Source: an uncultured delta proteobacterium (GTDB lineage: Bacteria > Myxococcota_A > Polyangia > Polyangiales > B10-G4). From it: DNA of 64,000 nt. A program made the translations under genes and the position numbers. Position 1 is the first letter of the stretch. The number at the start of each line of letters is the position of its first letter. Under the pieces are notes generated by a model. It saw nothing but the letters and a program-made list of their open reading frames with translations. It was not told the DNA's origin and made no database searches. Where the stretch lies: assembly GCA_963727445.1 (NCBI GenBank), contig CAVSGI010000020.1, positions 736,001 to 800,000 of the forward strand. The letters are read 5' to 3'. Positions 10,907 to 21,324 of the stretch are shown in pieces.

Positions 10907-11695
10907 TCAGAGAGCGGCGCAGCTATCGGGCGCGGCCTCGAGCGGCGCCAGAGTGAAGCCGTTGTCGGCCTCCGAGACCTCGGTGTCGCTGTTCTGGCTC
11001 GCCGCGACGCGCGACCGAACGTCCACGAAGGGGATGTCGTCGCCGTAGACCTCCACGTCGATCGACAGCTCGGCGTCGCCGTGGATCACGCCGCTGTCGG
11101 GGTCGACGCTACCGGAGAGCCAGAGCCGGGCACGCGCCCCGAGATAGACCTCCCAACCGTCGAGGTCGATGGTCACGCCCACCTCTCCGTCGTCGTCGTC
11201 GTCGATCACGCGCGGGTCGTCTCCTTCGGTGGGGAGCGCGTCGAGCAGGGGATCGTCGAGGGCGACTCCGAGCTCGAGGGCGCCGGTCTCGGTGGAGACG
11301 AGAAGGCGTCCTTCGTCGTCGCGGCTCAGGATCGCAGCGAGGATCACCGGCGGCCGCGCACGCACCGTCTCGTCCGACACCTCGGGCACGTGCCCGTCGG
11401 CCTCGGGCAGCTCGACGTGGCATGGCCTCACGGACAAGGAGGTCCCTGCCTCGCCGATCGTCGGAACGAGGTAGCCGTCGATGCGGCTGTCGTAGGTCGT
11501 GGTCTCGCCCGCCGGGTCCCGCGTGACGACGTGAGAGGACAGGGTCAGCGCGTAGGCAGGAGCGAGAGCGGCGCTTTCGGGCGCGGGACCTTCGTCGGCC
11601 TTGCCGCCCGAACCATCGCTGGACGCGAGGGGCCCCTCCATCGCGCATCCGGCGAGGGCGATCAGAAGGACGCACAGCGTTCGAAGGCGGGGCAC
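10907..11695 (-). CDS. Hypothetical lipoprotein
   Basis: LCVLLIALAGC lipobox, GGKADE linker, DDDDDGEVG acidic (possibly Ca-binding) motif. Confidence 0.7.
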   Translation of the reverse strand: MPRLRTLCVLLIALAGCAMEGPLASSDGSGGKADEGPAPESAALAPAYALTLSSHVVTRDPAGETTTYDSRIDGYLVPTIGEAGTSLSVRPCHVELPEADGHVPEVSDETVRARPPVILAAILSRDDEGRLLVSTETGALELGVALDDPLLDALPTEGDDPRVIDDDDDGEVGVTIDLDGWEVYLGARARLWLSGSVDPDSGVIHGDAELSIDVEVYGDDIPFVDVRSRVAASQNSDTEVSEADNGFTLAPLEAAPDSCAAL

Positions 11696-11893
11696 GTCCC
11701 CGAACGGTGCACTCCACGTGCCACGAGAGAAGACGCGGGATCGGCTAGCGATCGGGCCCCCCGACCCCGCTTTTGGAAGCTCGACTAGCCACTTTGGTGG
11801 CACCGATAGACCCCTGTTTGCAGGAGAAACGACCGATCGGGGCGCTGGCACGGAGCGCTGCTCTACGCACTGTCGGATTCAGGGAGAACGATC

Positions 11894-13523
11894 ATGAAGC
11901 GTTTCACCAAGCTCACCTCCATGCTGGCCCTCGCGGGCCTCTTCGGCTGTGCGAACAACGTCGCCGGGCCGGGCAGCGAGCCCGATTTGACCAAGGCCGA
12001 TCCGCTCAAGGCCGACTCGAGCGCCGAGGCGCTCTTCCTCGACTTCACTTTCAGCGGCGAGCTGGTCACCGACAGCCACTACAACCCGAGCGGGCAGGTG
12101 GAGGACCAGCTCCTCTACACCATCGGGCAGCTCAACGGAGAGAACTCCGTGTCGCGCCTCGACAGCGTGACCCTCTCGAACGTCGAGACCTCGCAGACCG
12201 AAGACGGCCGCACGCGCATCACCTACGACGCGCGCATTCCAGTGGCCTGGGGTCATCGCGACAACATCCCCACGTCCTACGACTTCAAGCTTCCCGTCGA
12301 CATGAGCGCGCAGAGCGCCTTCATGGACAAGTACCTGCACACCTGCACCGAGCCCGGCGCGCACGACGTCTCCGCTGGCATCTACTGGTACTACTACCGC
12401 CCGAACCACTACAGCTGCAGCCTCGACCAGACGGATGTCATGACCGTCACCGCCGACGTGGGCCCGAGCCCCATCCAGACGACCGGGAAGTTCCCCGAGT
12501 ACGACAAGGTCTGGGAGGACAACGCCCTCGAGGTGGTCGCGGTCTTCGGCAAGTACGAGGACGGAGCCACGAGCAGCTCCGACGCCGGCATCAGCGGCTA
12601 CAACACCTTCCTTCGCGGAGATCGCCAGCCAGCTCTCGGCGTACGAGGTCACCACCATCCCGGAGACGGTCCCGAGCAATCCAGGAGTGGACGTCCCCGA
12701 GGTCACCTTCGAGGCGACGCTTCCCGACGGCCGGTACATCAGGGTCTTCGCGATGCTCATCGACAGTGTCCGCAGCGCGGGCCAGGACTTCAACGAGCGC
12801 TACGCGCAGCTCACCCCCACCGCGGATCTCATCGCCTACAACGGCCACTCGGGCCTCGGCGCCAACATCCGCGCGCTCGCCAGCAAGGGTGACTGGGCCA
12901 CCGGGCAGTACGCCGTCGTCTTCATGAACGGCTGCGACACCTACGCCTACGTGGACGACGCGCTGTGGACCGCGCACGCGCAGATCAACCCCGACGACGA
13001 TGTCGGCACCAAGTACCTCGACATCGTGATGAACGCGATGCCCAGCTTCTTCAGCAACATGCCCTACGCGACCCTCGCGCTGGTCAAGGGACTGACGGAC
13101 ATCGACAGCCCGCGCACCTACGAGCAGATCTTCGCGGACATCTCCTCGAGCCAGGTGGTCCTCGTCTCGGGCGAGCAGGACAACACCTTCGTGCCTGGTG
13201 GCGGCGGCGGTGGCGAGGATCCGCCCCCCGCTGGCTGGGAAGGCATGAACGAGGGCGGCCCCGTCGCGCGCAACGAAGAGCAGCGCTTCGAGACGCCGGT
13301 TCTGCCGGCGGGCAACTATCGCTTCGAGATGACGGGCAGCGGCGACGCGGACCTCTACGTTCGCATCGGCAACGACCCGACCGTCTCGGAATACGATTGC
13401 CGCCCCTACAAGTCCTCCGCCAACGAGACCTGCGACGTGGAGCTTCCGGCGAACGCCGCCATCCACGTGATGGTCCGGGGCTACACGGACGCGGAGTACC
13501 AACTCAGCGGCTCATCTCTTTGA
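11894..13523 (+). CDS. Lipoprotein with C-terminal PPC domain (apparent frameshift near 12615)
   Basis: GGGAG RBS, LAGLFGC lipobox; second frame has YNGHSGLG..FMNGCDTYAY and the PPC motif MTGSGDADLYVRIG..YDCRPY..NETC. Confidence 0.75.
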
Positions 13524-13566
13524 GTCGCCATCACGCCGGTCTCGGCCGGCGCTTGATTCCTGCCTG

Positions 13567-13589
13567 ACCAACCAACCAACCAACCAACC
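13567..13589. repeat. (ACCA)5 microsatellite, intergenic
   Basis: ACCAACCAACCAACCAACCAACC read directly. Confidence 0.85.
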
Positions 13590-13605
13590 CACGCTTAGAT
13601 TGTGG

Positions 13606-13640
13606 CGGAGGCCCCCTCTCGAGGGGGCCTTCGTCGTTTG
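13606..13640 (+). terminator. Probable intrinsic terminator
   Basis: AGGCCCCCTC-TC-GAGGGGGCCT perfect stem followed by TCGTCGTTTG, downstream of the PPC lipoprotein. Confidence 0.7.
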
Positions 13641-13673
13641 TCATCCACGCGTCGTCGGATATGCTCCTCGCTC

Positions 13674-15069
13674 GTGAGCGACCCCGACTACGACCTGGTG
13701 GTGATCGGCTCCGGCCCCGCCGGTGAGAAAGGGGCCGTCCAGGCCGCGTACTTCGGCAAGAAGGTGCTCGTCATCGAGCGCGAGCCCGCGCCGGGCGGCG
13801 CCGCGGTCCACACCGGGACCCTGCCGAGCAAGACCCTCCGCGAAGCGGCGATCTATCTATCGGGTCACCGCGCCCGTGCGCTCTACGGCATCGCGGTCGA
13901 TCTCGAGGCGTCGGCCACCCTGCCGATGCTGATGCAGCGCAAGGACGCGATCGCCGAAGCGGAGGTCACGCGCATCAACGAAAACCTCCGCCGCCACGAC
14001 GTCTCGTACCTCCGCGGTCACGCGCGCTTCGTCGACGCGAACACCGTGGCGGTGGAGACCGCCTCGGGCGAGAAGCGCGTCACCGGTCGCTACTTCCTGA
14101 TCGCGACTGGGAGCGTCCCGCGCCGCCCCGACGGTATCGATTTCGACGACGATCAGATCCACGACAGCGACGAGATCCTGACCATCGAGCGGCTCCCGAA
14201 GTCGATGACCATTCTCGGCGCGGGCGTCATCGGCTCCGAGTACGCCTGCATGTTTGCGGCGCTGGGCGTCGAGGTGACGCTGGTGGATGCGCGGGACGAG
14301 ATCCTGCCGTTTCTCGATCACGAGATCGTCGACCGGTTGCGTGATGCGATGGAGCACCTCGGGATCGACGTTCGACTCGGGACCAGGTGGGGCGCCATCG
14401 AGCGCTCGGGCAACGAGGTCGTGGTGGAGCTCGACGGTGGGACGCGCGTCTCCCATCAAGAATCTGCTCTTCGCGGCCGGACGCGTCGGCAACACGGCGA
14501 GCCTGGGTCTCGAAAACGCGGGCCTCGAGCCGACACCGCGGGGCTACCTGGACGTGGACGAGGCGTACAGGACCAAGGTGCCCCACATCCTCGGTGCGGG
14601 GGACGTGATCGGCTTTCCCGCGCTCGCCTCCACGTCGATGGAGCAGGGCCGCGTGGCCGTCTGCCGCGCCTTCGACTTCAGCTACAAGAAGTCCGTCGCC
14701 GAGCTCCTGCCCTACGGCATCTACACCATCCCCGAGGTCAGCGCCCTCGGCTACACCGAGCGTACTGCGAGTGAAGCCGGAATGGACGTCGTCGTGGGCC
14801 GCGCCCTCTACTGCGACAACGCGCGCGGCGCGATCACCGGCGACCGGGAAGGGATGACCAAGTTGGTGGTCGAGCGGGACACCCGCCGCGTGGTCGGCGT
14901 GCACGTGATCGGCGAGCGCGCGAGCGAGCTGGTTCACATCGGTCAGGCCGTGATGCAGCTCGGTGGGCGCGTCGACGTCTTCATCGACATGGTCTTCAAC
15001 TTCCCGACCCTCGCCGAGAGCTACAAGTACGCCGCGTACGAATGCCTCGGCCAGCTCGGGCCCGAGTGA
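13674..15069 (+). CDS. sthA: Soluble Si-specific NAD(P)+ transhydrogenase (apparent frameshift near 14460)
   Basis: VIGSGPAGEKGAVQAAY, HTGTLPSKTLRE (no redox Cys pair), GDVIGFPALASTSMEQGR, YGIYTIPE, FNFPTLAESYK. Confidence 0.9.
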
Positions 15070-15770
15070 GCTACCCCGCGGATCTGTACGCCGCGGTGCA
15101 CGTGGGCACGCCGGGCGACATCGCGTTCTATCGGCGCGTCACCGATGGCGCGGGCTCGGTGCTCGAGCTCGGGTGCGGCTACGGGCGCGTCCTTTCGTCC
15201 CTCGATGCGAGCGTGCGCGTGGGCGTGGATCTGGACCCGGCCCTCCTCGCGATGGCGCGCGCCCGCATGGGCGGGCAGAGCGTGCTGGTCGAGGGCGACC
15301 TCCGGACGGTCGACGTCGGCGCACGCTTCGATGCGGTGATCGCGCCTTACTCCACGCTCTATTGCCTCGAGACGGAGGCGGACCTGGGCCGCGCGCTCGA
15401 GCGGGCGCGCGCTCACCTCCTGGGCGACGGCATCTTCGCCTTCGACGTCTGGTACGCGGACGACTTTCACGAAAACGCCGACCCGAACGTGCCGGCCAGC
15501 TACGAGCCCGTCGCCGAAGTGGAGGTCGACGGGATCCCCTACGTCGTCGAGGAACGCTCCGAATGGGACCGGGACGCCCAGACGCTCGTGGTGGACTACC
15601 GGCACACCTCCGCTGCCGGCGAGGTCCGCCACGGGCGCATCGTCCACCGATACGCGCTCGAGCCGCAGCTCACGCGGCTGCTCGCCGAGGCGAAGCTCCG
15701 GATCGTCGAGTCCGGGCGGATCGAGACCGAGGCCGGCGAGAGCCTCGCCTTCGTTACGGCGCCTGCCTGA
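15066..15770 (+). CDS. Class I SAM-dependent methyltransferase
   Basis: VLELGCGYGRV motif I; GTGA overlap with sthA. Confidence 0.85.
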   Translation: MSYPADLYAAVHVGTPGDIAFYRRVTDGAGSVLELGCGYGRVLSSLDASVRVGVDLDPALLAMARARMGGQSVLVEGDLRTVDVGARFDAVIAPYSTLYCLETEADLGRALERARAHLLGDGIFAFDVWYADDFHENADPNVPASYEPVAEVEVDGIPYVVEERSEWDRDAQTLVVDYRHTSAAGEVRHGRIVHRYALEPQLTRLLAEAKLRIVESGRIETEAGESLAFVTAPA

Positions 15771-15791
15771 AGGCACGGGGCGCCGCTCGGA

Positions 15792-17131
15792 TCAGGCGAG
15801 GCGCTCCATCACCGCGCCCGCCCCCAGCCCGCCTGCGGCGCAGATGCCGAGGAGCGCCGTCGTCGCGTCGCGCTTCCAGAGCTCGTTGGCCATGGTGAGC
15901 ACCATCCGGGCGCCGGTCGCGCCGAAGGGATGGCCGATCGCCACCGAGCCGCCGTGCACGTTCAACCGCGCCGGGATCGATCTCGCCGATGGCCGAGGAC
16001 CGTCCCAGCCATTCGTCGGCGAAGGCCTTGCTCCCCAGCATGTAGAGAATCGAGAGGACCTGCGCCGCGAAGGCTTCGTGCATGTCCACCAAGTCGGCGT
16101 CGGCGAGGGTCATGCCGGCGCGCTCGAGGGCCTGGGGCATGGCGAGCGCCGGACCCATCAAGAGCTGGTCGGCGGGATCGACGCCTGTGTAGGCCCAGCT
16201 CCGAAAGGCGGCGAGGGGCTGGTAGCCGAGGGAGCGAGCCTTCTCTTCGCTCATGAGCACGACCGCGGCGGCGCCGTCGGTCAGGGGGCTCGCGTTGCCG
16301 GCGGTGACCGTCCCATCCTTGGCGAAGACCGGCCTCAGGCGGGCCAGCTTCTCGAGGCTGGTGTCGCCGCGGACCAGGCCGTCGGTGTGGATCAGGTTGC
16401 CCTCGGGCGTGGTGACCGAGGCCACCTCGTCGTTCGAAGCGCCCGGACTCGATGGCCGCGGCGGCGCGCTGATGGCTCCGCAGCGCGAACTCGTCCTGGG
16501 CCTGCCGGCTCACCCCGTTGCGCTTCGCCATGCGCTCGGCCGCTTCGCCCATTACCTCGCCCGTGGTGCGCTCGGCGATCTTCGGACGCTTCGGCAGGAT
16601 CTCGCTCAGCGGCATGAGCTGAGAGAGCACGCCGACGTAGTCCATCGGCGAAGCGCCCTTGAGCGCGAGCGGCGCGAGGGTGTGCACCACCTTCTGCGGG
16701 AGCTTGATCTCGGCGTTGCTGGTCGAGTCGCTGCCGCCGGCGATGGCCACGTCGTACTCGCCGCGCTCGATGGCGGCCGCCGCGAGGGTCACCGCCTGCA
16801 GGCCGCTCGCGCAGGCACGCGTGCAGGTCATACCCTCCACCGACGGCGGCAGGGACAGGTCGAGCGCGATCTCGCGGGCGATGTTCGGGGCCATCCCCGG
16901 GAAGATCACGCCGCCCCAGACGATGGCGTCGAGCTCGTCGCGGTCCAGGGACAGTCGGTCGATCGCCGCTTCTGCCGCCGCGTCCGCCAACGCGATCGAG
17001 TCCATCGTCGTGAAGTGGGTGAAGGCCTTCAGAAAGGGCGTCCGGGCGCCGCCGACGATGACCGCGCGCCGTCCGTTCTTCTTCGCCTTGGCCTTGGCCT
17101 TCTTGCTCTTCTTGGTCGTCTTTTGCGCCAC
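15792..17131 (-). CDS. fadI: Acetyl-CoA C-acyltransferase, FadI-like (apparent frameshifts near 16435 and 15970)
   Basis: GARTPF, RACASG, TAGNASPLTDGA, DMHEAFAAQ, GHPFGATGAR, ICAAGG. Confidence 0.75.
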
Positions 17132-17142
17132 GTTCGTTTCCT

Positions 17143-18575
17143 TCAGCGTCCTACCAGCGCGCCGCCGCAGACGCGGAGCACGTTGCCCGTGAGCCCGTCG
17201 GCGCCAGGCGTCGACAAGAACGTGATCGCCTGCCCCACGTCTTCGGGCAGGCCGCCCTGACCCAGCGCGCTCATGCGCCGGGCCCCTTCACGGATCATCA
17301 CCGGGATCGCCGCGGTGAGGCGGGTCTCGATGAAGCCGGGGGCGATGGCGTTGACGGTGATGCCCTTCTTCGCCGTCTTCGCCGACAGGTACTCCACCGC
17401 GCCGACCAGGCCGGACTTGCTCGCCGCGTAGTTCGTCTGGCCGACGTTGCCCGCGATGCCAGCGATGGACGACAAGAGCACGATGCGCCCTTCGCGGTGG
17501 ACGACGCCCTGATCCAAGAGGGCGTTCGTGATGTCGATGACCGCGCCCAGGTTGATGTCGATCGCCTGGTCCCAGGCGCTGCGCTTCATCTTGCGAAGGG
17601 TCTTGTCGCGGGTGACGCCGGCGTTGTGGACGACGATGTCCACGCCGCCATGGCCTCCTTCAGCTCTCCCGCGATCCGCGCGGGGGCGTCCGCGGCGCTG
17701 ACGTCCGCGAGGAGCACCGAGCCGCCTATGCTCCGCGCGACCTTGCTGACTGGACCGTCGTCTTCGGGGCGGTCGAGGCAGACCACGTGCGCGCCTTCGG
17801 CCGCCATGATCTCGGCGGTGGCCGCGCCGATCCCGCGCGCCGCGCCCGTGACCAGCGCCACCTTCCCGGCGAGCACGCGCGAGAGCGGGTGCTTTTGCGC
17901 AGCCTTCGCGCGCGCCGTCACCGAGAGTGGCTGACAGGTCACGAAGGCCGAACGCGGCGAGAGCAGGAAGCGGAGCACCGGGGCTACTCGATCTTCTGCG
18001 CCGGACTCGACCCACACCAGGTTCGCGGTGGAGCCGCTCTTGCCGATCTCCTTCGCCACGCTCCGGGTGAAGCCCTCGAGAGCGGCGCGCGCGGCGGCGC
18101 TGGAAGCGTCCTTCGCTTCGCTCACGGGTCGCCCGAGAACCACCACCTTCGCCGAACGCGAGAGCGTGCCGATCCATGGATGGAAGAAGTCGTAGAGCGC
18201 GCCGAGGTCCTTCGGGGTCAGGGCGCCCGTTGCGTCGAAGATCATCGCGTCGCAGCGCATGCCCTCCGGCGCCGGGCCGAGAGGGATCACCGTCGCGGGC
18301 CGGCCGAAAGCCTCACCGGGACCGCGGAAGGGGACGCCGAGCTCGTCGTCGCCGACGACCACTGGGTTGCCCCCGGCGCGAGCGATGGTGTCGGCGAGCA
18401 GGGCGGTGAGCTGGCCCGCGCCGCCGACGACCACGCGCCGATCGAAGAGCGGCCGCTCCTCGTAGGCGCCGGCCGCGCGCCGGAGCTTCTCCGGCATGGG
18501 GATGGGCAGGCCTGCGCTCTTGATGAGCGCGCGGGCACGCGGGTTCTGTCCGAGGTCCAAGAGGAAGTCGCTCAT
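17143..18575 (-). CDS. 3-oxoacyl-ACP/CoA reductase, long FabG4-like SDR (apparent frameshift near 17650)
   Basis: VTGAARGIG, HNAGVTRDK, GNVGQTNYAASK, APGFIET, RVCGG; GGAG RBS before MSDFLL. Confidence 0.85.
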
Positions 18576-19475
18576 CGTGAAGCTCCGTGAATTGCCGACC
18601 AGATACGCCGGGCCGGACTTGGCGTCGCCAACGTAGACGTCGTGGCCTTCGAGGTAGAGCCCGACCGTCGCCGGAAGAACCAGCGGCCGGGTGAAGCGAC
18701 AGTCCCAGCTGCGGATCGCGCGCGCGTCGCCCGCGTAGACGTTCTTCACGATCCCTTCCCAGGCGCGGCTCATCGTCCCGAAGCCGTGCAGGATCACGTT
18801 GCGGAAGCCCGACGCGCGTGCCGCTCCCCCGATCCAGTGAATCGGGTTGAAGTCGCCGGTGAGCTTCGCGAAGTCTAGGCCGGCCTTGGGGCCGAGGCGG
18901 AAGCGCGCGACCTCACGCGCAGTCTCGGGGACGCGCGGCCGCTCCTTCTTCTTGGTCTTCGGTGCGCCGTCCTTCTTGCGCGAAAGCGGTACGATGGCGA
19001 AGAGGTCGGCGACGATCATGTCGGGGCGCGCGGAAGTGCCGGTGACGATGCGGGTCTGCATCACGGCGCGCCGGCCGTCGTCGTCGATGGACTCGAGGCG
19101 GGCGCTCACGTGAAGCGCCTCGCCCATCGGGAGGTCCTCGTTGATCACTACGCGACAGCCGCCGTTGAGCGCCTTGGACAGCGGGTAGGGCACGCCGTCG
19201 AGGGCGCGTGGCGCGAGAGCGAAGCCCCATTGCGGGAACAGATGGGCGGGGACGATCTTCTTGTAGCTCGCCGGGTCCCCTCCGACGTGACGCACGAAGG
19301 TGCGCACCAGATCGGGGGAGCGCGGGGGCAGGACGAGGCGATGCTCCGGGCCCGGGACCGGCGGGCTCGCCTTGGCCCCGTCGCCCAGGCGCTGCTTGAC
19401 CATGGCCAGGGCACCCTCGCCCAGGCCCTTGAGGACCGGTCCTTGGTGGAGGATGTAGCGAGCCGATACGCCCAT
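18576..19475 (-). CDS. MaoC-like (R)-hydratase/dehydratase; reads in frame into the reductase in this assembly
   Basis: FAKLTGDFNPIHW, ILHGFGT, FTRPLVLP hotdog motifs. Confidence 0.8.
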
Positions 19476-19715
19476 GCGGGACCCCCTCGTCGAAAGCGTT
19501 GGGCTGTCTACCATTCGGTAGGGAGCCGGGCAATCAGGGGATGCGGGGAAGGGGGGTTGTGGACTCCGCCGTACACCCGAGTGTGAAACTGAGTTCTCGT
19601 CCGTGCGCCGATGGCACTCTTTGGTCCAGTCGGCGTCAAGAGATCATGAGCTTTTTCGGCTGGTATGGCGGTTGCTCAGTACTCAGCTGCATCTGAGGGA
19701 AGGGTGAGCACGACG

Positions 19716-20345
19716 ATGAAAAAGATTCTCTGGCTTTCGTTGGTAGGCGTTCTGTGCAGTTCGACGACCGGCTGTATGTTCGACTACATCGACCGCCTGA
19801 CCAACCACGACAGCACCACCGATACGACCTATTCGGACCCCTACGCCTCTGACTATTCGGACCCCTACAGCTACGACATGAGGACTCTGGAGATCGACCA
19901 GGGCTACCTCGCGGGGGCGATGGGCGACTACCGCGACTTCACCGCCGAGACCTACGAGGCCACCGGCTATGCCTATGGCACCGACAGCACCACCGTCGAG
20001 CTCAACGCGGGCGACGGCTACTGGGTCATGGCGCGCCTCGACATCACGGGTGACCTCACGGCCCTCGAGCCCGGCACCCACCTCGAGTTCGACGACTCGT
20101 CCTACGACTGGAGTGGGAGCAGCGACCCGAGCTACACCGGCGACGTCGTGAGCTACGTCAACGTGACCGGCTGCTCGGGGCCGAGCCAGGGCGACTGGCG
20201 CTTCGACCAGGGCTCCACCACGGTCACCATGGACGTCGAGCAGGGCGTCACCGAAGCCGACCGCCAGGTCTACTTCGAGGCCACCTACGACAACGGCGGC
20301 GAGCCCCAGACCGTCAACGGCTCCTTCGGCTACACGGTCTACTGA
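19716..20345 (+). CDS. Hypothetical acidic lipoprotein
   Basis: MKKILWLSLVGVLCSSTTGC signal; host-like codon usage; followed by a terminator. Confidence 0.75.
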   Translation: MKKILWLSLVGVLCSSTTGCMFDYIDRLTNHDSTTDTTYSDPYASDYSDPYSYDMRTLEIDQGYLAGAMGDYRDFTAETYEATGYAYGTDSTTVELNAGDGYWVMARLDITGDLTALEPGTHLEFDDSSYDWSGSSDPSYTGDVVSYVNVTGCSGPSQGDWRFDQGSTTVTMDVEQGVTEADRQVYFEATYDNGGEPQTVNGSFGYTVY

Positions 20346-20379
20346 GCCAGCCGGCGGCCTGGTCGCCGATCGACAGACG

Positions 20380-20413
20380 ACGGGCGTGCCTCTCCGGAGG
20401 CGCGCCCGTTTTG
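20380..20413 (+). terminator. Intrinsic terminator between convergent genes
   Basis: ACGGGCGTGCCTC-TCCG-GAGGCGCGCCCGT stem followed by TTTG. Confidence 0.75.
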
Positions 20414-20420
20414 CATTCGG

Positions 20421-21308
20421 TCAGACGTGACCGCTCGCGAGGATCGCGGCGCCCACGATGCCGGCGTCCGGGCCGAGCTCGGCGGCAGCGAGACGGGTGG
20501 TGGTGAAGGCGCGGCTCAGCGCCAGCTTGCGAAAGCGATCGAGCGCGCGCGATTCCATCCGCCCGAAGCTCGTCCCGATGGCCCCGCCGATCACGATGAC
20601 GTCGGGGTTGATCGCGTGGGCGATCTGCGCGGCGGCGGCGCCGATCGCGTCCGCCGCTTCGTCGACGAGGCGCTGGCAGGTGCCGTCGCCCCCGCGTGCG
20701 CGGGTGAAGACCTCGCGTCCTTCGAGGTCGGCGGCGCGTCGAAACGCCCAGCCCGACGCGTAGGCCTCGAGGCAACCTTCTGCGCCACAGGCGCAGCGTC
20801 GCCCGCGGTCCCGGACCTTGATGTGGCCGAAGGTCGCCGCCATCGAGCCCGCGCCGTGAAAGATGCGGCCGTCGATCACAAGGCCGCCGCCCACGCCCGT
20901 GCCGAGGATGAGCCCGGCGACGGTCGCGACGCCGCGCCCCGCACCCACGCGGGCTTCGGCGAGCGTGGCGGCGTTGCCGTCGTTGTCGGCGACCACCGGC
21001 CGCTTCAAGCGCGAAGCGAGCTCCGCCGGGATGTCCGTGCCGTCCCAGCCCGGCATGGTGTCCGTGGTCTCGAGCACGAAACCGGCCGCGCTGACCAGGC
21101 CGCAGGACGCGACGCCCACCGTCGTCTTGGAGCGCTTCCCATCAGCGATGCGCAGGGCCAGGGAAGCGGCGGCGTCGAGAACCGCGCGCTTCGACCGCGG
21201 CGTCGCCGTCCGCGCGCGGGCCTCGATGGCGCCGCTCTTCGGGTCGACGAGACCGCCCTTGATGCTCGTTGCCCCGATGTCGATCCCGATGCGCTGGCCT
21301 CGGGGCAT
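20421..21308 (-). CDS. ROK family sugar kinase (glucokinase-like)
   Basis: GIDIGATSIK, DNDGNAATLAE, LGTGVGGG, CACGAEGCLEAYAS. Confidence 0.9.
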   Translation of the reverse strand: MPRGQRIGIDIGATSIKGGLVDPKSGAIEARARTATPRSKRAVLDAAASLALRIADGKRSKTTVGVASCGLVSAAGFVLETTDTMPGWDGTDIPAELASRLKRPVVADNDGNAATLAEARVGAGRGVATVAGLILGTGVGGGLVIDGRIFHGAGSMAATFGHIKVRDRGRRCACGAEGCLEAYASGWAFRRAADLEGREVFTRARGGDGTCQRLVDEAADAIGAAAAQIAHAINPDVIVIGGAIGTSFGRMESRALDRFRKLALSRAFTTTRLAAAELGPDAGIVGAAILASGHV

Positions 21309-21324
21309 GACGAGACTCCGCGGC

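Noticed and set aside
11847..11863. Sigma54 promoter TGGCACGGAGCGCTGCT upstream of the PPC lipoprotein
   Set aside because: GG-to-GC spacing is 11 rather than 10 nt, so it is unsupported unless there is an indel error.
13567..13589. (ACCA)5 as a phase-variation switch
   Set aside because: It lies in a 3' untranslated region before a terminator, so no frame or promoter effect is evident.
17586..19514. Novel MaoC-FabG fusion protein
   Set aside because: The junction has a GGAG RBS and an ATGA that would be a normal stop/start overlap after one indel, so it is likely an artefact.
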